A stretch of DNA of 63,992 bases, filler included, from Neoconidiobolus thromboides FSU 785 (Eukaryota; Fungi; Entomophthoromycota): assembly GCA_025603075.1 (NCBI GenBank). It is 5 parts of 5 records of this genome, joined end to end, with 100 filler letters (N's around TTAATTAATTAA, not from the genome) between each part and the next. Parts side by side here need not be neighbours in the genome. Positions count along the whole stretch, not along the records: positions 23,943 to 43,201 come from MU626560.1; 4 more parts are not named here. The stretch is one strand, 5' to 3'. The stretch's first letter is position 1, and every line of letters begins with the position of its first letter. The position numbers were made by a program, and so were the translations under genes. The notes under the pieces were generated by a model, which was not told the origin of the DNA, ran no database searches, and was given only the letters and a program-made list of their open reading frames with translations. Below, piece after piece: positions 25,810 to 37,822 of the stretch.

Positions 25810-26235
25810 TGTAACAAATGATAAGAATTAAGAGAATAGAGGGTTAATCAGCGGCCCTAATAATAATAACACTGATAAGGATAACTCATTAATTGAAGGC
25901 CCTGAATCAGTGGCAATTGAGATTATTTTATAGCACTATAATATATATTATAAACACAAATTAAGAAGAGAAAGGCCCAAAAATATCATCACTAGTCTTA
26001 ATATTATGCAACTAATTAATCCGCTGTGCGTCACTAATGACTAATATGGTCTTTAGATATATAGTTATTCATATGAAAGGGGATATAATAAGTTGATTAC
26101 TGCACCAGAGAAGTCATATACTAGAACTGTGAGAAACATAGATATGATTAAAGAATAGAATCAAGAAAATAATGAAAAGAATACATAAATCAAAAGTCAT
26201 AGACTTCTCAATTTAATGAATCTTCACTTGTTACA
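25810..26235. mobile_element. Possible solo LTR of a second family
   Basis: TGTAACAA (25810, also 25785)...TTGTTACA (26235) inverted ends about 430-450 nt apart. No TSD and no second copy seen. Confidence 0.3.
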
Positions 26236-26588
26236 ATTAACGCTTTTTTCCACTAATTTCTAACTTTAGATAAATACTGTTTAGATATCAAATTTTCAAG
26301 TATATTTAAATATTTTTGATGTTCTTATTTTAAACTATTCAAGAAAAGAACATAATCCAACTCAAAAATACTTAAGATTCTAAATTTAAAATTAACGTTT
26401 ATTTCGGAGTATGGGAGTAAATTTAAATTTAAATTGTTATAGTTGATTGGCTCCTTGTCGAACAGCTTTACCAAAAAGCTCTCGTTTTTTTACGAAATTA
26501 AGCGTTTGTTTGAGTTAGCCATAGCAAATATTGAATAGATTAGTCATGTTGTATAATACTTAAGAATGTTTTTAAACCTTTTAACTTT

Positions 26589-28346
26589 ATGGAAAGTCAA
26601 AGCGTATTAGAAATCATCAGGAGAAGATATAGATGTGATCAATGCTCCAAAAGCCATTTTAAATGCGATAGGTCACTGCCTAAATGTTCAAAGTGTATAA
26701 AAAGAAATATCAAATGTACTTTAGATAGGAAGCTTATATATAACAAAAAAGACGAGAGCGGATTTGGAGCAGTAAAAAAACAAAAAGAAGTTAAATTCAA
26801 GAACACATCAAAAGCCAACTTCATTCCGGTAAAAGAAAAAGCAGCTATTCAAAACATAATTCAACTGAAAGAAACAAGACACCAACTATTAAAATTACCA
26901 AAGGATTTTAACTTTCCAAATAACATCCTAGGAATTTTTAATAGATTTAAAAGGAAATCATTATTGGAAAATTTGTTAAACCTTATTCAAAACCCATCGC
27001 CATTTTTTCCTAGCAAAGGTTTAAATCTGTTTATTACACTAACGGATAAATTAGGTCTATTAACGCTTAAGCCTAGAAAATTAATGTTCATACCTGAAGT
27101 GCCAGATGAAACTACGCTTAATATAGGATTACTTTTAAAAGAAGCAGTAGTTAACTATTTTAAATTTATTAACAAAACATTTCCTTTATTTGATGAAACG
27201 AGGTTCAATTTCGCTTCATGCTCCTTCAATTTGAAATCAGCAATAATTGTAGGGGGCCTTTTGCATATGGAGCAGACGGAAACAGTAAAGAATGTAATCA
27301 AATATTTTGAGGGAATACTTTATAATTTTCTTTCAAATGTTCCTCGAATTAAACCTAACTTAGATAGCATACAAACAATACTTATAACTATCAATGGAAT
27401 CGCATGTTTACCCTGGATTGGTGGTATCAAAGAATTCCTTTTATTTCATTGCTACAGGATTTCATTTATTATAGGATTAAACCAATCATCAAAGAAGTTA
27501 TCCAAAAATATCAATATTGAACGGGCTTATACCTATTGTGTGTTAAATTCTTTTTACAATGGAATGTTATTAAACTTCGGGGCATGTATTGCTGAACCTA
27601 TGCTCCCGTCAGGGTTAGGAAAATTAGATAGCTATTATACAGGTAAATTTTCTCGTCACGGTTGTGATTTTAATAAGGATGACAAAGATATCCAGCGATA
27701 TTGCTTTTTAAAGCTACAAGAATTTCTATATATAATAAGTACACTGTTTTTTGATTTACGTTTAGTTAAAGAGAAAAAGATAAATGGGATAGAAGATCAA
27801 GTAAAATTCAACAATTTTTTAAAAAAACTTTCCTTCAAAGCATCTGCCGTTAAAGAAAAATATATTACTACTTTAGATTATTTTTTGTCTTTTGTAGATA
27901 ACCAAACTTTAAAAGCAACTTTTAAGGATTATCAAAACTCCATTACTTACTTTTTTCATCATATTAACTTTTGGATTTGCTCTATTCAATTTAAATTATC
28001 AAAAGAAAAGAAGATTTATGAGTTTGAAGAGCACACTGTTAACATTATTGGTGATAATTATGTATCAAATTATATTAAAACTATACTCAAGCAATGTTAT
28101 TCTGTAATTGATAGTGCAGCTATAGCTTCACACAAATATACCCTTACCCTTGATTGTCCTCATGTTCCTACATGTTTAGTTTTTATGATACTGTATGGAG
28201 GAAATGACAATAGGAATGTTGTGTATGTTAAAAAAGGTAAAGAGTTATTAGAGTCTTTATTAAATATACCTTCTGCCATGGGAATGTGCCGATTAAATTT
28301 GAAGTTAGTTGAAATGATTGCTGTATCTTTGAGATTTCCTGTATAA
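26589..28346 (+). CDS. Zn(II)2Cys6 transcription factor, copy 1
   Basis: CDQCSKSHFKCDRSLPKCSKCIKRNIKC (Cx2Cx6Cx6Cx2Cx6C); middle region YFKFINKTFPLF resembles a fungal TF domain. Intronless. Confidence 0.92.
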   Translation: MESQSVLEIIRRRYRCDQCSKSHFKCDRSLPKCSKCIKRNIKCTLDRKLIYNKKDESGFGAVKKQKEVKFKNTSKANFIPVKEKAAIQNIIQLKETRHQLLKLPKDFNFPNNILGIFNRFKRKSLLENLLNLIQNPSPFFPSKGLNLFITLTDKLGLLTLKPRKLMFIPEVPDETTLNIGLLLKEAVVNYFKFINKTFPLFDETRFNFASCSFNLKSAIIVGGLLHMEQTETVKNVIKYFEGILYNFLSNVPRIKPNLDSIQTILITINGIACLPWIGGIKEFLLFHCYRISFIIGLNQSSKKLSKNINIERAYTYCVLNSFYNGMLLNFGACIAEPMLPSGLGKLDSYYTGKFSRHGCDFNKDDKDIQRYCFLKLQEFLYIISTLFFDLRLVKEKKINGIEDQVKFNNFLKKLSFKASAVKEKYITTLDYFLSFVDNQTLKATFKDYQNSITYFFHHINFWICSIQFKLSKEKKIYEFEEHTVNIIGDNYVSNYIKTILKQCYSVIDSAAIASHKYTLTLDCPHVPTCLVFMILYGGNDNRNVVYVKKGKELLESLLNIPSAMGMCRLNLKLVEMIAVSLRFPV

Positions 28347-28567
28347 ATATTAAAAAACAACTATTTATAATTAATATTTTAAATTTCGAATAGCTTTGTT
28401 TAAATTATTGATGCTTTGAGCTTTCAAATAAGTTTTATCTCCCAAATAGTGTTATTTACAGATATAAATAATCTTATTATTATTATACAAATAAATAGCT
28501 TATATGGAACTTATGCTATTTTTTAGTCAAAGATGTATAGAATATTAAATTTATGAAATTACTATAT

Positions 28568-28631
28568 GGGGATGTATTTTGTATTTAAGAATTTTACTAA
28601 TATGTAATCACTTAAAATTTGAGGTTGCTCC
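28568..28631. mobile_element. Truncated MITE copy
   Basis: ATAT + GGGGATGTATTTTGTATTTAAGAATTTTACTAA left end; right part degenerate. Confidence 0.7.
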
Positions 28632-28793
28632 ATAAAATATTTTACAAAGTCTATAGAAGCAATTTAAATTTTACTGTCAAAATCAAGGATAAACTATAAT
28701 TGGTTCCTACTTGTTACTATTTTTAAAGGTTGATAAAAATATTGGTTATTCTATAAATGCATCTTAAATTGAATTTATAAGCATTAAGCTAGA

Positions 28794-30110
28794 ATGAGTA
28801 TAAAGTTTGAGTATTTACCAACAGTGATTCTAGGACAAGTCTTTGACTATTTACATCCACAACAACTTTTTGAAGTCTGCAGCTTAAATAAATATTTTTT
28901 CTTGATGATTTCTAAGAAGATTTATAGTAATCTATCTAGCTCGGTTTACCTTGAAGATTCAAAATACAGCCGGTTACAACTTGAATTTATTAAATTAAAT
29001 AGTAAAAAAATGAGATTTATAACTATATTTAATGATGATGAGTTGCCAAATTTAACTCTTTGTAACAATATTAGAAGCTTATCTATAGATTATGATGTTG
29101 ATATTACTCAGTTGAAGTTATCATCAAGTTCAAACTCATTTCCAAACTTAAAGAAATTAGATCTTTATGGCGAAAGCAATAACTACCAGAGTAATTTGCT
29201 AAGCTTCAAGTATTTATTTAATCAAATTGAAAGTTTTAGTATTCAAAGTGATACTATTGATGTAGATATAATTGTTAATTATTTCAATGAAGAAAAGTTG
29301 AAGTATTTAACAATAATAAGCAATTCTGACATTAGTAATTCTCACTTAACTCAGCTAAGAAATAAATTTGTTAATTTAAAGTACTTTTTAATAAATGATG
29401 GTAGTAGCGATCAAACTTTTTATTCGGATTATGTTTTGTTTTTACACTCAACAAATAAATTTAAAATCAACACTAATGTTTATATCGATTATTTAAGTGG
29501 AATCGAAGGTTTATTAGATTATGATCAGATTTATTTTAATGCAGATTGGAAGGAAGTCGACAAAAACATATTTGATAAGGTTGATAAAAAGAAGGTTCGA
29601 GCTTTGGGCTATATGACCCCATCTCTACTTCATCTATATAACTTAAATTTATTCCCAAAGTTAAGCAAAATAATAGTAAGAGCACGTGATGACTTAAAAG
29701 AGATATTAGATATAATTTCATCTATTCCTGGTATTACAACTTTAGAAATTGATTTTACTGAAGCTAACAGATTAATCAGGCTTAAATGTTTTGAAGTAAT
29801 CAACCATGAAGATCAAGATGAGTATTGTAGTAGTTTAATACAGTATAAAACAATTGAAAAATTAGTCATTAAATACAGTCAGTCTTATTTACAAGATGTT
29901 CTTAATATTTTATGCTTATTTCCAAGTATTCAACTTGTCTCACTCTCTAATTGCTATTTTGTGGATCAAGATTTTAATGATATTAATATTGAATTTAATG
30001 AGCTTATTTATTTTCAATTTAATAATATAATGTTTCATGATGCTAGTGCTGATTTGGAAAAATTAAAGTCTTCTTTATCTAGAAATCCGTTCATTGAAAT
30101 AATAAACTAA
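28794..30110 (+). CDS. F-box/LRR-like protein (family B)
   Basis: N-terminal LPTVILGQVFDYLHPQQLFEVCSLNKYF F-box motif; FPNLKKLDL-type repeats. Confidence 0.88.
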   Translation: MSIKFEYLPTVILGQVFDYLHPQQLFEVCSLNKYFFLMISKKIYSNLSSSVYLEDSKYSRLQLEFIKLNSKKMRFITIFNDDELPNLTLCNNIRSLSIDYDVDITQLKLSSSSNSFPNLKKLDLYGESNNYQSNLLSFKYLFNQIESFSIQSDTIDVDIIVNYFNEEKLKYLTIISNSDISNSHLTQLRNKFVNLKYFLINDGSSDQTFYSDYVLFLHSTNKFKINTNVYIDYLSGIEGLLDYDQIYFNADWKEVDKNIFDKVDKKKVRALGYMTPSLLHLYNLNLFPKLSKIIVRARDDLKEILDIISSIPGITTLEIDFTEANRLIRLKCFEVINHEDQDEYCSSLIQYKTIEKLVIKYSQSYLQDVLNILCLFPSIQLVSLSNCYFVDQDFNDINIEFNELIYFQFNNIMFHDASADLEKLKSSLSRNPFIEIIN

Positions 30111-30811
30111 CTTATTATTATTGAATCTATACTTATATTATCAAATCCTGTTTCTTACATCCAATCTAAATTTTAGTTTTTTATATATTACAATATATAG
30201 TAAAATAAAAGGCTATATATTTTGAATAGTACAAATATCATATTTGATACCTTATAGATTATAGCCTTATTTCAAATCATTACCTTTTGCTTTAGTTGAT
30301 TATATAATTTTAATTAGAAATACAGTATTCTATAAAACAATTCATTGGTCATTATTATCATTTTTCCATAGTTGATCTCTTTATAACCTTTCCTAGTATA
30401 ATCATTTATACCTTTATAGACAATAAACATTGATGATTTATTGTATTAAAATATTTAATTAGCATATCAAATAATTGTTCTGAAGGCTAATTCAAATACT
30501 AATTCTACGCTCATCTTTAGATGTATTGTTGTTTATTATATGGTAAATAAATACAGGCCCTTAGAAATATATTGATTTAAGTCTCCCTGACCAGTTTACC
30601 AATGTTTTTTATATACACTAAAATACTAAAGTTTTATATTGATTTTTTTGGAGTTTCGTATTAAACTTATTCTTACTAAAATTACAATTTTGGCTATGTA
30701 AGACAGTTGCATCGTATTAAGTGATTGGTATATCTTTATCCAATCATGTAGCTTATTCTTTAATAAATCAATAGAATAATAAAATTAAAATAGCTTTGAA
30801 AAGCTATTTTA

Positions 30812-32257
30812 ATGAGTATTGAGTTTGAATTTTTACCGATCATTGTATTAGAGCAAATATTTGATTCGATTAATAAAGATGAATTAATAGGCCTTTGCTT
30901 TTTAAATAGGTATCTTTATTCAGTTATATATCCTTTGATTTATGATTTTTCATGCCTTTGTGGTTATATTGCAAGTCCAACTTATTTTGAGTTTCAAACT
31001 ACGTTTATAATGAGAAATGGTAAAGCGATAAAGCATTTAAAGCTAAACACAATCCAGGATGTATATTATTTGAAATCATGTTCAAATATTACTAGTTTAT
31101 TCATAAATAGCAATGCTTTTGTAAATCAATTAAATTTATTGTTAACTCCAAATAAATTTAAAAAATTAAAGATACTAACTATTTATAATAATGATGACGA
31201 GCTTAAAAATATGATGATATGTTTTAGTAATATATTAAGTCAAATTAGCACCCTAAGTATATATAGTTCAACTGTTGATAGCGACTTAATAACACAGCAT
31301 CTTAATAGTCATCAACTTAGAAAATTGATAATAGAATTTGATCATAAAATGCACCGTGATTGTTATAATGTAATTGTAGATAAATTCAATCATCTGGATT
31401 ATTTAAAGTTAAGTTATTATAACAGTGAAAACAGTTTTTATTCAAAGCCTACTCTATTTATTAAATCACCCAATATGTTTAAAATGAATCTGGGATATTC
31501 TATTACTTATTTAAGTCAGATAGAGCACTTGAATTATCAGTACATTTATATAGATTTTAATGAGTCAATTGATATCTCACTATTAGATAAAGTTAATAAA
31601 GCCAATATCAAAACATTGGGATACATTAATGAATTGATGCTTGATAAAATAAAGTTCAGCTCATTCATAAATCTAAGTAAAATAAGTATTAATCGCCTTG
31701 GAGGCTTACATTTAATCTTAAATAGTATTCTACTTATAACAACCATTCATACTGTTGAGTTTGTTTTTATTGATTTGATTAATTGTAATCGACCTTTGAT
31801 TCTATTTGAGCGCTTTGATTTAAACAATAATATATTATATAGTCAAAATAGCAAAAATACATCAAACAGTGGCAATAATAATAATGATAATAATGTATTG
31901 CATGACAACAATAGTAACAATAATCATGATTTATCACATGATTACAATAATAATGGGTATTATTATAATTTAAATCTGTACAGTTTGAACATAATTAAAT
32001 ATAATTATATTAAAAAACTAATATTTAAATTTTGTAAATTAAGTATTCAAGATATATTCTATTGCTTCTATTTATTCCCAAACCTTGAGCTAATTCAATT
32101 TGATTACTTTGTTTTTTTAAATTCTTCTCCTAATAATCTTCCATTCATCTTTAAACCTATTACTTTTCATTTTTCTCATGTTCATTATTATATGAAAAAG
32201 GATGTACTTTTTAATCTATTAAAGCAAATTTCTTTAATTACAATAATAATTGAGTAA
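30812..32257 (+). CDS. F-box/LRR-like protein (family B), tandem paralog with an Asn/His-rich insert
   Basis: LPIIVLEQIFDSINKDELIGLCFLNRYL F-box motif; colinear with 28794-30110. Confidence 0.88.
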   Translation: MSIEFEFLPIIVLEQIFDSINKDELIGLCFLNRYLYSVIYPLIYDFSCLCGYIASPTYFEFQTTFIMRNGKAIKHLKLNTIQDVYYLKSCSNITSLFINSNAFVNQLNLLLTPNKFKKLKILTIYNNDDELKNMMICFSNILSQISTLSIYSSTVDSDLITQHLNSHQLRKLIIEFDHKMHRDCYNVIVDKFNHLDYLKLSYYNSENSFYSKPTLFIKSPNMFKMNLGYSITYLSQIEHLNYQYIYIDFNESIDISLLDKVNKANIKTLGYINELMLDKIKFSSFINLSKISINRLGGLHLILNSILLITTIHTVEFVFIDLINCNRPLILFERFDLNNNILYSQNSKNTSNSGNNNNDNNVLHDNNSNNNHDLSHDYNNNGYYYNLNLYSLNIIKYNYIKKLIFKFCKLSIQDIFYCFYLFPNLELIQFDYFVFLNSSPNNLPFIFKPITFHFSHVHYYMKKDVLFNLLKQISLITIIIE

Positions 32258-32446
32258 TTTGCTTATATTAAAATAAAATATTTATTTAAGCTATAAATTA
32301 TTTTTAGTTTTATTACTTTTATTCTCATAAAAATTATTTTGAAATGGCTTAAACTAGGTAAATGATAAAGCACTTTTTAGCAGTAAATAAATTGTTTTAA
32401 TAATTATTTTCTTTTTTATTGATATATTAAATATTTGGAAGTTATC

Positions 32447-35431
32447 TTATTCGTCGTCTTCAGTATAAACTAAGTTAGATTTGAAATAGCTACGTTTAAA
32501 CCATTTAAATCCTTCTGACAATATCAAGAACACAATACACGATATAAAGATCATAATCCATTCCCAATCAATAGGCGCATGTCTAAATACTTCGTGGTTT
32601 AATCCTGGGATATAAATGGCCGGTATTAATAGTAACGCTCCAAAAATTACTGAAAACAACAAAAAGCGATTATTTTTGAGGGATTTAAGTGCTTTCATTG
32701 ACCAAGAAGATTGGCGTAAAGAACGACAATTAAAGGCATGTAATAAAATCAGCAACGTGAGACAAGCATAAGAAGCTGCACGAGCTCGGAATACTAATTC
32801 ACAGTCTTCGCTATAATGATCATTACATCCACTTCCAAGATTTCCATTACCGAATACAAATACAACCATAACGAAATTAATCAAGGCTAAACCTCCCATA
32901 ATCAAACCAAAGTACATAATATCCAAGATAACTTCCCAAGTAAACAAACCACCTTTAACTGGACGTGGGGGTTTAAGCATAGCTTTTTTATGTGCGGGTT
33001 CCAATCCTAAACCCATAGCAGGCGGGGATGAAGTGATCATATTTAAGAAAAGAATTTGAATTGGAGACATAGGGAATACTGATTTACCAGCATTATCTGT
33101 AAAGCAAAGACCAATAACTAAAGCTACAATTTCAGAGGCATTACCAGACATTAGATGTAAAACAAACTTGACAATGTTCTCGAAAATCCTTCTACCTTCT
33201 TCTACAGCTTTAACAATAGTTGCAAAATTGTCATCTGTAAGTACGATATCTGATGCTTGTTTAGCAACATCGGATCCAGAAAGCCCCATACCAATCCCTA
33301 CATTAGCAATCTTAAGGGAAGGGGAGTCATTGACACCATCTCCAGTCATAGCAGCTACTCTATTACGTCTATGAAGTGCTCTTATCATTTTAACTTTAGT
33401 GTCTGGACTACATCTAGCAATAACGTTTGGTAGTTCAACCATATTATCAATTTCTTCTTCACTGAGGGCATCAAATTGTTGAGCTGTCATCACTAAGTTG
33501 TTACCAACATTAAGAGAGGTATGTCCTGGTGCTTTGGTATCTTGTGGAACAATACCAACATCTCTAGCAATGGCAGTAGCAGTAGCTGGATGATCACCAG
33601 TAAGCATATGAACACTGATACCAGCTTTGTGACATTCTAATACCGAGGAGCGAGATTCTGGGCGAGGAGGATCATAGATACCTACTAAGCCAATAGCAGT
33701 AAGGTTTGATTCAATTTGATCACGAGTATAATCTCCAGGTGTTGTTTTATCAAATTCATTTGTGATATCACGGTAAGCAGTACATAATGTTCTTAAACCT
33801 TGACTAGCTAAATGTTCCATATGTGGAGTATAAAGATTTTTTAAATGATCAAAGGAGTCAATAGGTAAAGAGGTGCTTTGATTTAAATAGCTATTACATT
33901 TTTCAAGCACACGTTCCATAGCACCTTTAGTAAAGGCATATTTTTTCTGGGTTGGGTAATGTAAATATACAACCGTCATCAATTTTATACTTGAATCAAA
34001 AGGGAATTCAGCTAACAATTCAAACTGATGGTCCCCATTAGCTTTAATGAGATTAGGTTGTCCCATATCGAATTTATGAGCAAAAGCTTGTAGAGCATTT
34101 TCGGTAGGATCACCCAATCCAATCCATTCTCCACTAGCTTTGTCTTTCTTTAATTTGGCCATATTACATAAAGAAGCAACTTGAACTAGTCTTAAAGATT
34201 GATCTGTTAACTCATCAGAAGAAAGTTTAGTTACGCCATTATTGCTATTTCCTTCACCATAGCTTCTAATTAATGAATCATCTGGAGTTTCGCCTTCTTG
34301 TAATACATCACCAATAGGGTTATAGCCAGCACCAGTTACAGAGAAATAGCCATAGCCTGGTAACCAAAAACGAGTAAGCACCATTTTAGCTTGGGTTAAA
34401 GTACCGGTTTTATCTGAGCAAATATTAGTAACAGAGCCTAAAGTTTCTAAGGCAGTTAATTGACGAATAATGGCTCTGTTTTTTGCCATATTGCGTACAC
34501 CAGCAGCCATAGTCAAAGTGATAACAGCAATCAAACCCTCCGGGATAATAGCAATTGATACAGCAACAGCATAAATAGCAACATTCTTTTCAATTACCCA
34601 GCTATTGACTGAAAATACAATGATAGCTAATAAAATCGCCATTCCAAAGACTGCTAATGCCATACGATCCATAGTTTTTTGTAATGAAGTTTTTTGACTG
34701 CCTTCAGAATCATTTAAGGTTCTTGCGATTTTACCGATTTCAGTATCCATACCAGTAGCAACTACAATGGCAGTACCACGCCCTCTAGTTACAGTTGTAC
34801 TAGAAAAAGTGAGATTAGTTCTGTCACCTACTGGAGCATCTTTCTCAATAATAGTTTCAACTGTTTTTTCAACTGGAACAGATTCACCAGTAAGTAAAGC
34901 CTCATCGATAGAAAGATTAAATTGTTCGACAACACGTGCATCAGCACCAACCACATCACCATTTTCAAGGATAATGATATCGCCAGGTACCAATTGATTT
35001 GTAGATACTTTACAACGATGACCACTACGTATAACATTGGTAGTAGGAGAAGCCAGCCTTCTTAAAGATTCCATAGTTTTTTCTGCACGATATTCTTGCA
35101 TAAAACCAATTGTTGCATTTGTAATAATAATGAATCCAATTACACCACCCTCTACCCAATCTTGAGAAGCAAACGCTATTGCCATAGCAATAACTAAAAT
35201 TACTGTTAGTATATTGGCAACTTGACGTAATAGAATTTTCCAAGGAGATACACCAGAGTTACCAGAAAGTTCATTTAACCCGTATTTTTGGGATAATTCT
35301 TTGACTTGATCTGAATTCAAGCCTTCTTCTAAATCTGTAGAGTAAAGATTTAAAACTTCATCTATACTCATAGTATGATAATAACTATCAGTTACTTGTA
35401 TAGATTTTTTTTCTTTGTTTTTAAATGGCAT
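32447..35431 (-). CDS. ENA1: P-type ATPase, type IID (ENA Na+/K+ efflux)
   Basis: TGES, CSDKTGTLTQAKM, TGDGVNDSPSLK, MSPIQILFLNMITSSPPAMGLGLEP. Intronless, 994 aa. Confidence 0.93.
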   Translation of the reverse strand: MPFKNKEKKSIQVTDSYYHTMSIDEVLNLYSTDLEEGLNSDQVKELSQKYGLNELSGNSGVSPWKILLRQVANILTVILVIAMAIAFASQDWVEGGVIGFIIITNATIGFMQEYRAEKTMESLRRLASPTTNVIRSGHRCKVSTNQLVPGDIIILENGDVVGADARVVEQFNLSIDEALLTGESVPVEKTVETIIEKDAPVGDRTNLTFSSTTVTRGRGTAIVVATGMDTEIGKIARTLNDSEGSQKTSLQKTMDRMALAVFGMAILLAIIVFSVNSWVIEKNVAIYAVAVSIAIIPEGLIAVITLTMAAGVRNMAKNRAIIRQLTALETLGSVTNICSDKTGTLTQAKMVLTRFWLPGYGYFSVTGAGYNPIGDVLQEGETPDDSLIRSYGEGNSNNGVTKLSSDELTDQSLRLVQVASLCNMAKLKKDKASGEWIGLGDPTENALQAFAHKFDMGQPNLIKANGDHQFELLAEFPFDSSIKLMTVVYLHYPTQKKYAFTKGAMERVLEKCNSYLNQSTSLPIDSFDHLKNLYTPHMEHLASQGLRTLCTAYRDITNEFDKTTPGDYTRDQIESNLTAIGLVGIYDPPRPESRSSVLECHKAGISVHMLTGDHPATATAIARDVGIVPQDTKAPGHTSLNVGNNLVMTAQQFDALSEEEIDNMVELPNVIARCSPDTKVKMIRALHRRNRVAAMTGDGVNDSPSLKIANVGIGMGLSGSDVAKQASDIVLTDDNFATIVKAVEEGRRIFENIVKFVLHLMSGNASEIVALVIGLCFTDNAGKSVFPMSPIQILFLNMITSSPPAMGLGLEPAHKKAMLKPPRPVKGGLFTWEVILDIMYFGLIMGGLALINFVMVVFVFGNGNLGSGCNDHYSEDCELVFRARAASYACLTLLILLHAFNCRSLRQSSWSMKALKSLKNNRFLLFSVIFGALLLIPAIYIPGLNHEVFRHAPIDWEWIMIFISCIVFLILSEGFKWFKRSYFKSNLVYTEDDE

Positions 35432-36926
35432 ATTTTAGTTAACTAGAAAATTATAATGGTTATTTTATTATTGCTTAATTTTAATTATGGTAGTCTACCT
35501 TTTATTATATGTATAAAAACAATTGGCCATTAAATGTAATTTGAGTTTGCTTATATAGTTTTATATTGAGTTTATAGCTGAGTCACTCGTTTGATGTGTG
35601 CATAAGAATTAATAATATAGATATTAAGTAATAAATACTTAAAATCTAGGTCCCATTTAGAATATTCTTTTTAAATCATTATTTCAATTATTCTTAAATA
35701 TATATATATTATATTGTATTATTATTGTATGTTATTATTTTATCAATATTAGATTATTTTCTATTATCTACTATTATATTAGTATTATGTTAATTCCATC
35801 ATCATTATTACTTAATTCCCTTATCTATTTGATTATTTTGATTCACTTTTATAATAAATTTAAATTTATTTTCTCGAAAATGCTCACTATTAATGATCAT
35901 TTCTTAAAAAAGCGATGAATTCATCCTTCCGAGATTACATCATCTCAAGAATAAATTAAGAGCAGGACTAGAATTAAAAATCAACAAAAATAGTCAAATT
36001 TTAAATTTTTTAGCGCTTTAGGTTACCATTAGTTATTTTAAAAAGAATTATAAAAAAATTATTCTAATATATGAAATAAACAAATAAAGTTTACTTATTA
36101 AGTTATAAATGTTTTATTACTTTTAGAACTATTTTTCAAGATATGGAGATTAACACAAGTTATTTGTTTTTATGTTGTACCCTTTTTTACTTAGTAAGAA
36201 ATTAAAGAATAAACGAATATTCTTGTCTCAGAACCATTACAACAAAGAATTAATATTAACTTAAAAAATCAAATCAACTTCTTATTTAAAATAAATAATA
36301 AACCACATTGAATTCTGCGACTACTATTTATTAAAGCCTTTGAATATAACTAATACAGTAAATGAATTCAATTCGATAATTAATAGGAGTATTTTAATTT
36401 TAATAAAAATATCAACTTTTATAAATAAAGTACAATATTTAATAGTATGGCAATAATTCATGCCTTATAATTAAAATTGAAAGTCATCTGCAATTTAAAA
36501 AACTTAAATGTATTGAAAATACTTTAAAATAAATTAAGCTTTTATGCAAGCTTTATGCCATTTCCCCAAACCCTTGAAATTGAATTAAGATTTAAATTTC
36601 AGTCTAAAGTTTTAAATTAAATCCACTTTTTGTAATTAAAGGTTGTATTCAAATACACCTTTTATGTTATAAGAAATTAATATCAATTTAACAATAATAC
36701 TAGTATTTGTTACACAACTCAATTTACACAAATATTTTAAATTGTTTATTTTTTAATTATTAATTTAATACTTTATAAGTTTCTTATGTTTAGAAATGAT
36801 AAAACTATTTTCTTTTCCTTTTAATAAATTTATTATAAAGCTATCGATTGTGATATACTAACAAATGTTTGTCAATTTAATAGTAAATTCAACAAATAAA
36901 TTCAAATGTATTAAATGTTAAGATAT

Positions 36927-37026
36927 GGGGATGTATTTTTGTATTTAATAATTTTACTAATAATTTTTCCATGTAAATAACGCTTAAAAGATGGGAAAAG
37001 TAATGAAGCAAAAAAAAAACATCCCC
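36927..37026. mobile_element. MITE copy (first of a head-to-tail pair)
   Basis: GGGGATGT...ACATCCCC, ATAT TSD. Confidence 0.92.
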
Positions 37027-37030
37027 ATAT

Positions 37031-37119
37031 GAAGATGTGTTTTTTTAATTTTACTACAATCTTTCCACTCAAATAGCGCTTAAAAAATGGAAAAATAACG
37101 AAACTAAAAAAACAGCCCC
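37031..37119. mobile_element. MITE copy (second of the pair)
   Basis: Shares ATAT 37027-37030 with the previous copy; ends ACAGCCCC-ATAT. Confidence 0.88.
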
Positions 37120-37236
37120 ATATTGTATTTTTTTTAGATTATTTTATTTTTAGTTATTCGTTATTGAAGGATTTTTCTCAGTTTTTTAAATAACTTCTAT
37201 TAATATTTGTAATTTATTATCTAAAAACTAACGATT

Positions 37237-37331
37237 GGGGAGTGTTTTTTAACTTCATTTTTTTCTATCTTTTAAGCATTGTTTGAGTGGAAAGATTATT
37301 AGTGAAATTTTAAACACAAAAACGCAGCTCC
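37237..37331. mobile_element. MITE copy, opposite orientation, diverged
   Basis: GGGGAGTG...GCAGCTCC, flanks GATT/AATT. Confidence 0.8.
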
Positions 37332-37822
37332 AATTGTAGTTTAATTATTTAACATTTTTTATAATATATATAAGTTGCTATTTAGTATTAAGATAGCTAT
37401 TAATGGAACATTTTAATCATAGAATAACTATGAAGCAATGTTAAAAAGTTGATTATAGATAAATAACTAATTTTATCTAATTTAACTTTAAATTTAAAGT
37501 TAAGGCTAGAAGTAAACAGGTAAGCCTTTTATCTAATTTTATAAAGGAATGCTAAACATTTAAACAACAAAATTAAATAAAAAGGTTATGTAAATTTTAG
37601 ATGATATATATTTACTTACCGTATATCTATTTTTTATAACTGTTTTTATAATACTCTTAATTAGTAAAAACTTTATAATAAAATGTTTATTTATTAAATA
37701 AGTATATAATATCTATATTTGGAGAAAAATTCGATTTGAAAAAAACAAGATAAAAATTTGATAAACAGTATATTTGTATAGGATGTTAAAGTAGTACCTT
37801 AAAGTGACTGTTCTTTTAATAT

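Noticed and set aside
32447-35431. Horizontal origin of the intronless ENA ATPase
   Set aside because: Many genes here are intronless, ENA pumps are normal in fungi, and composition resembles the other conserved genes.
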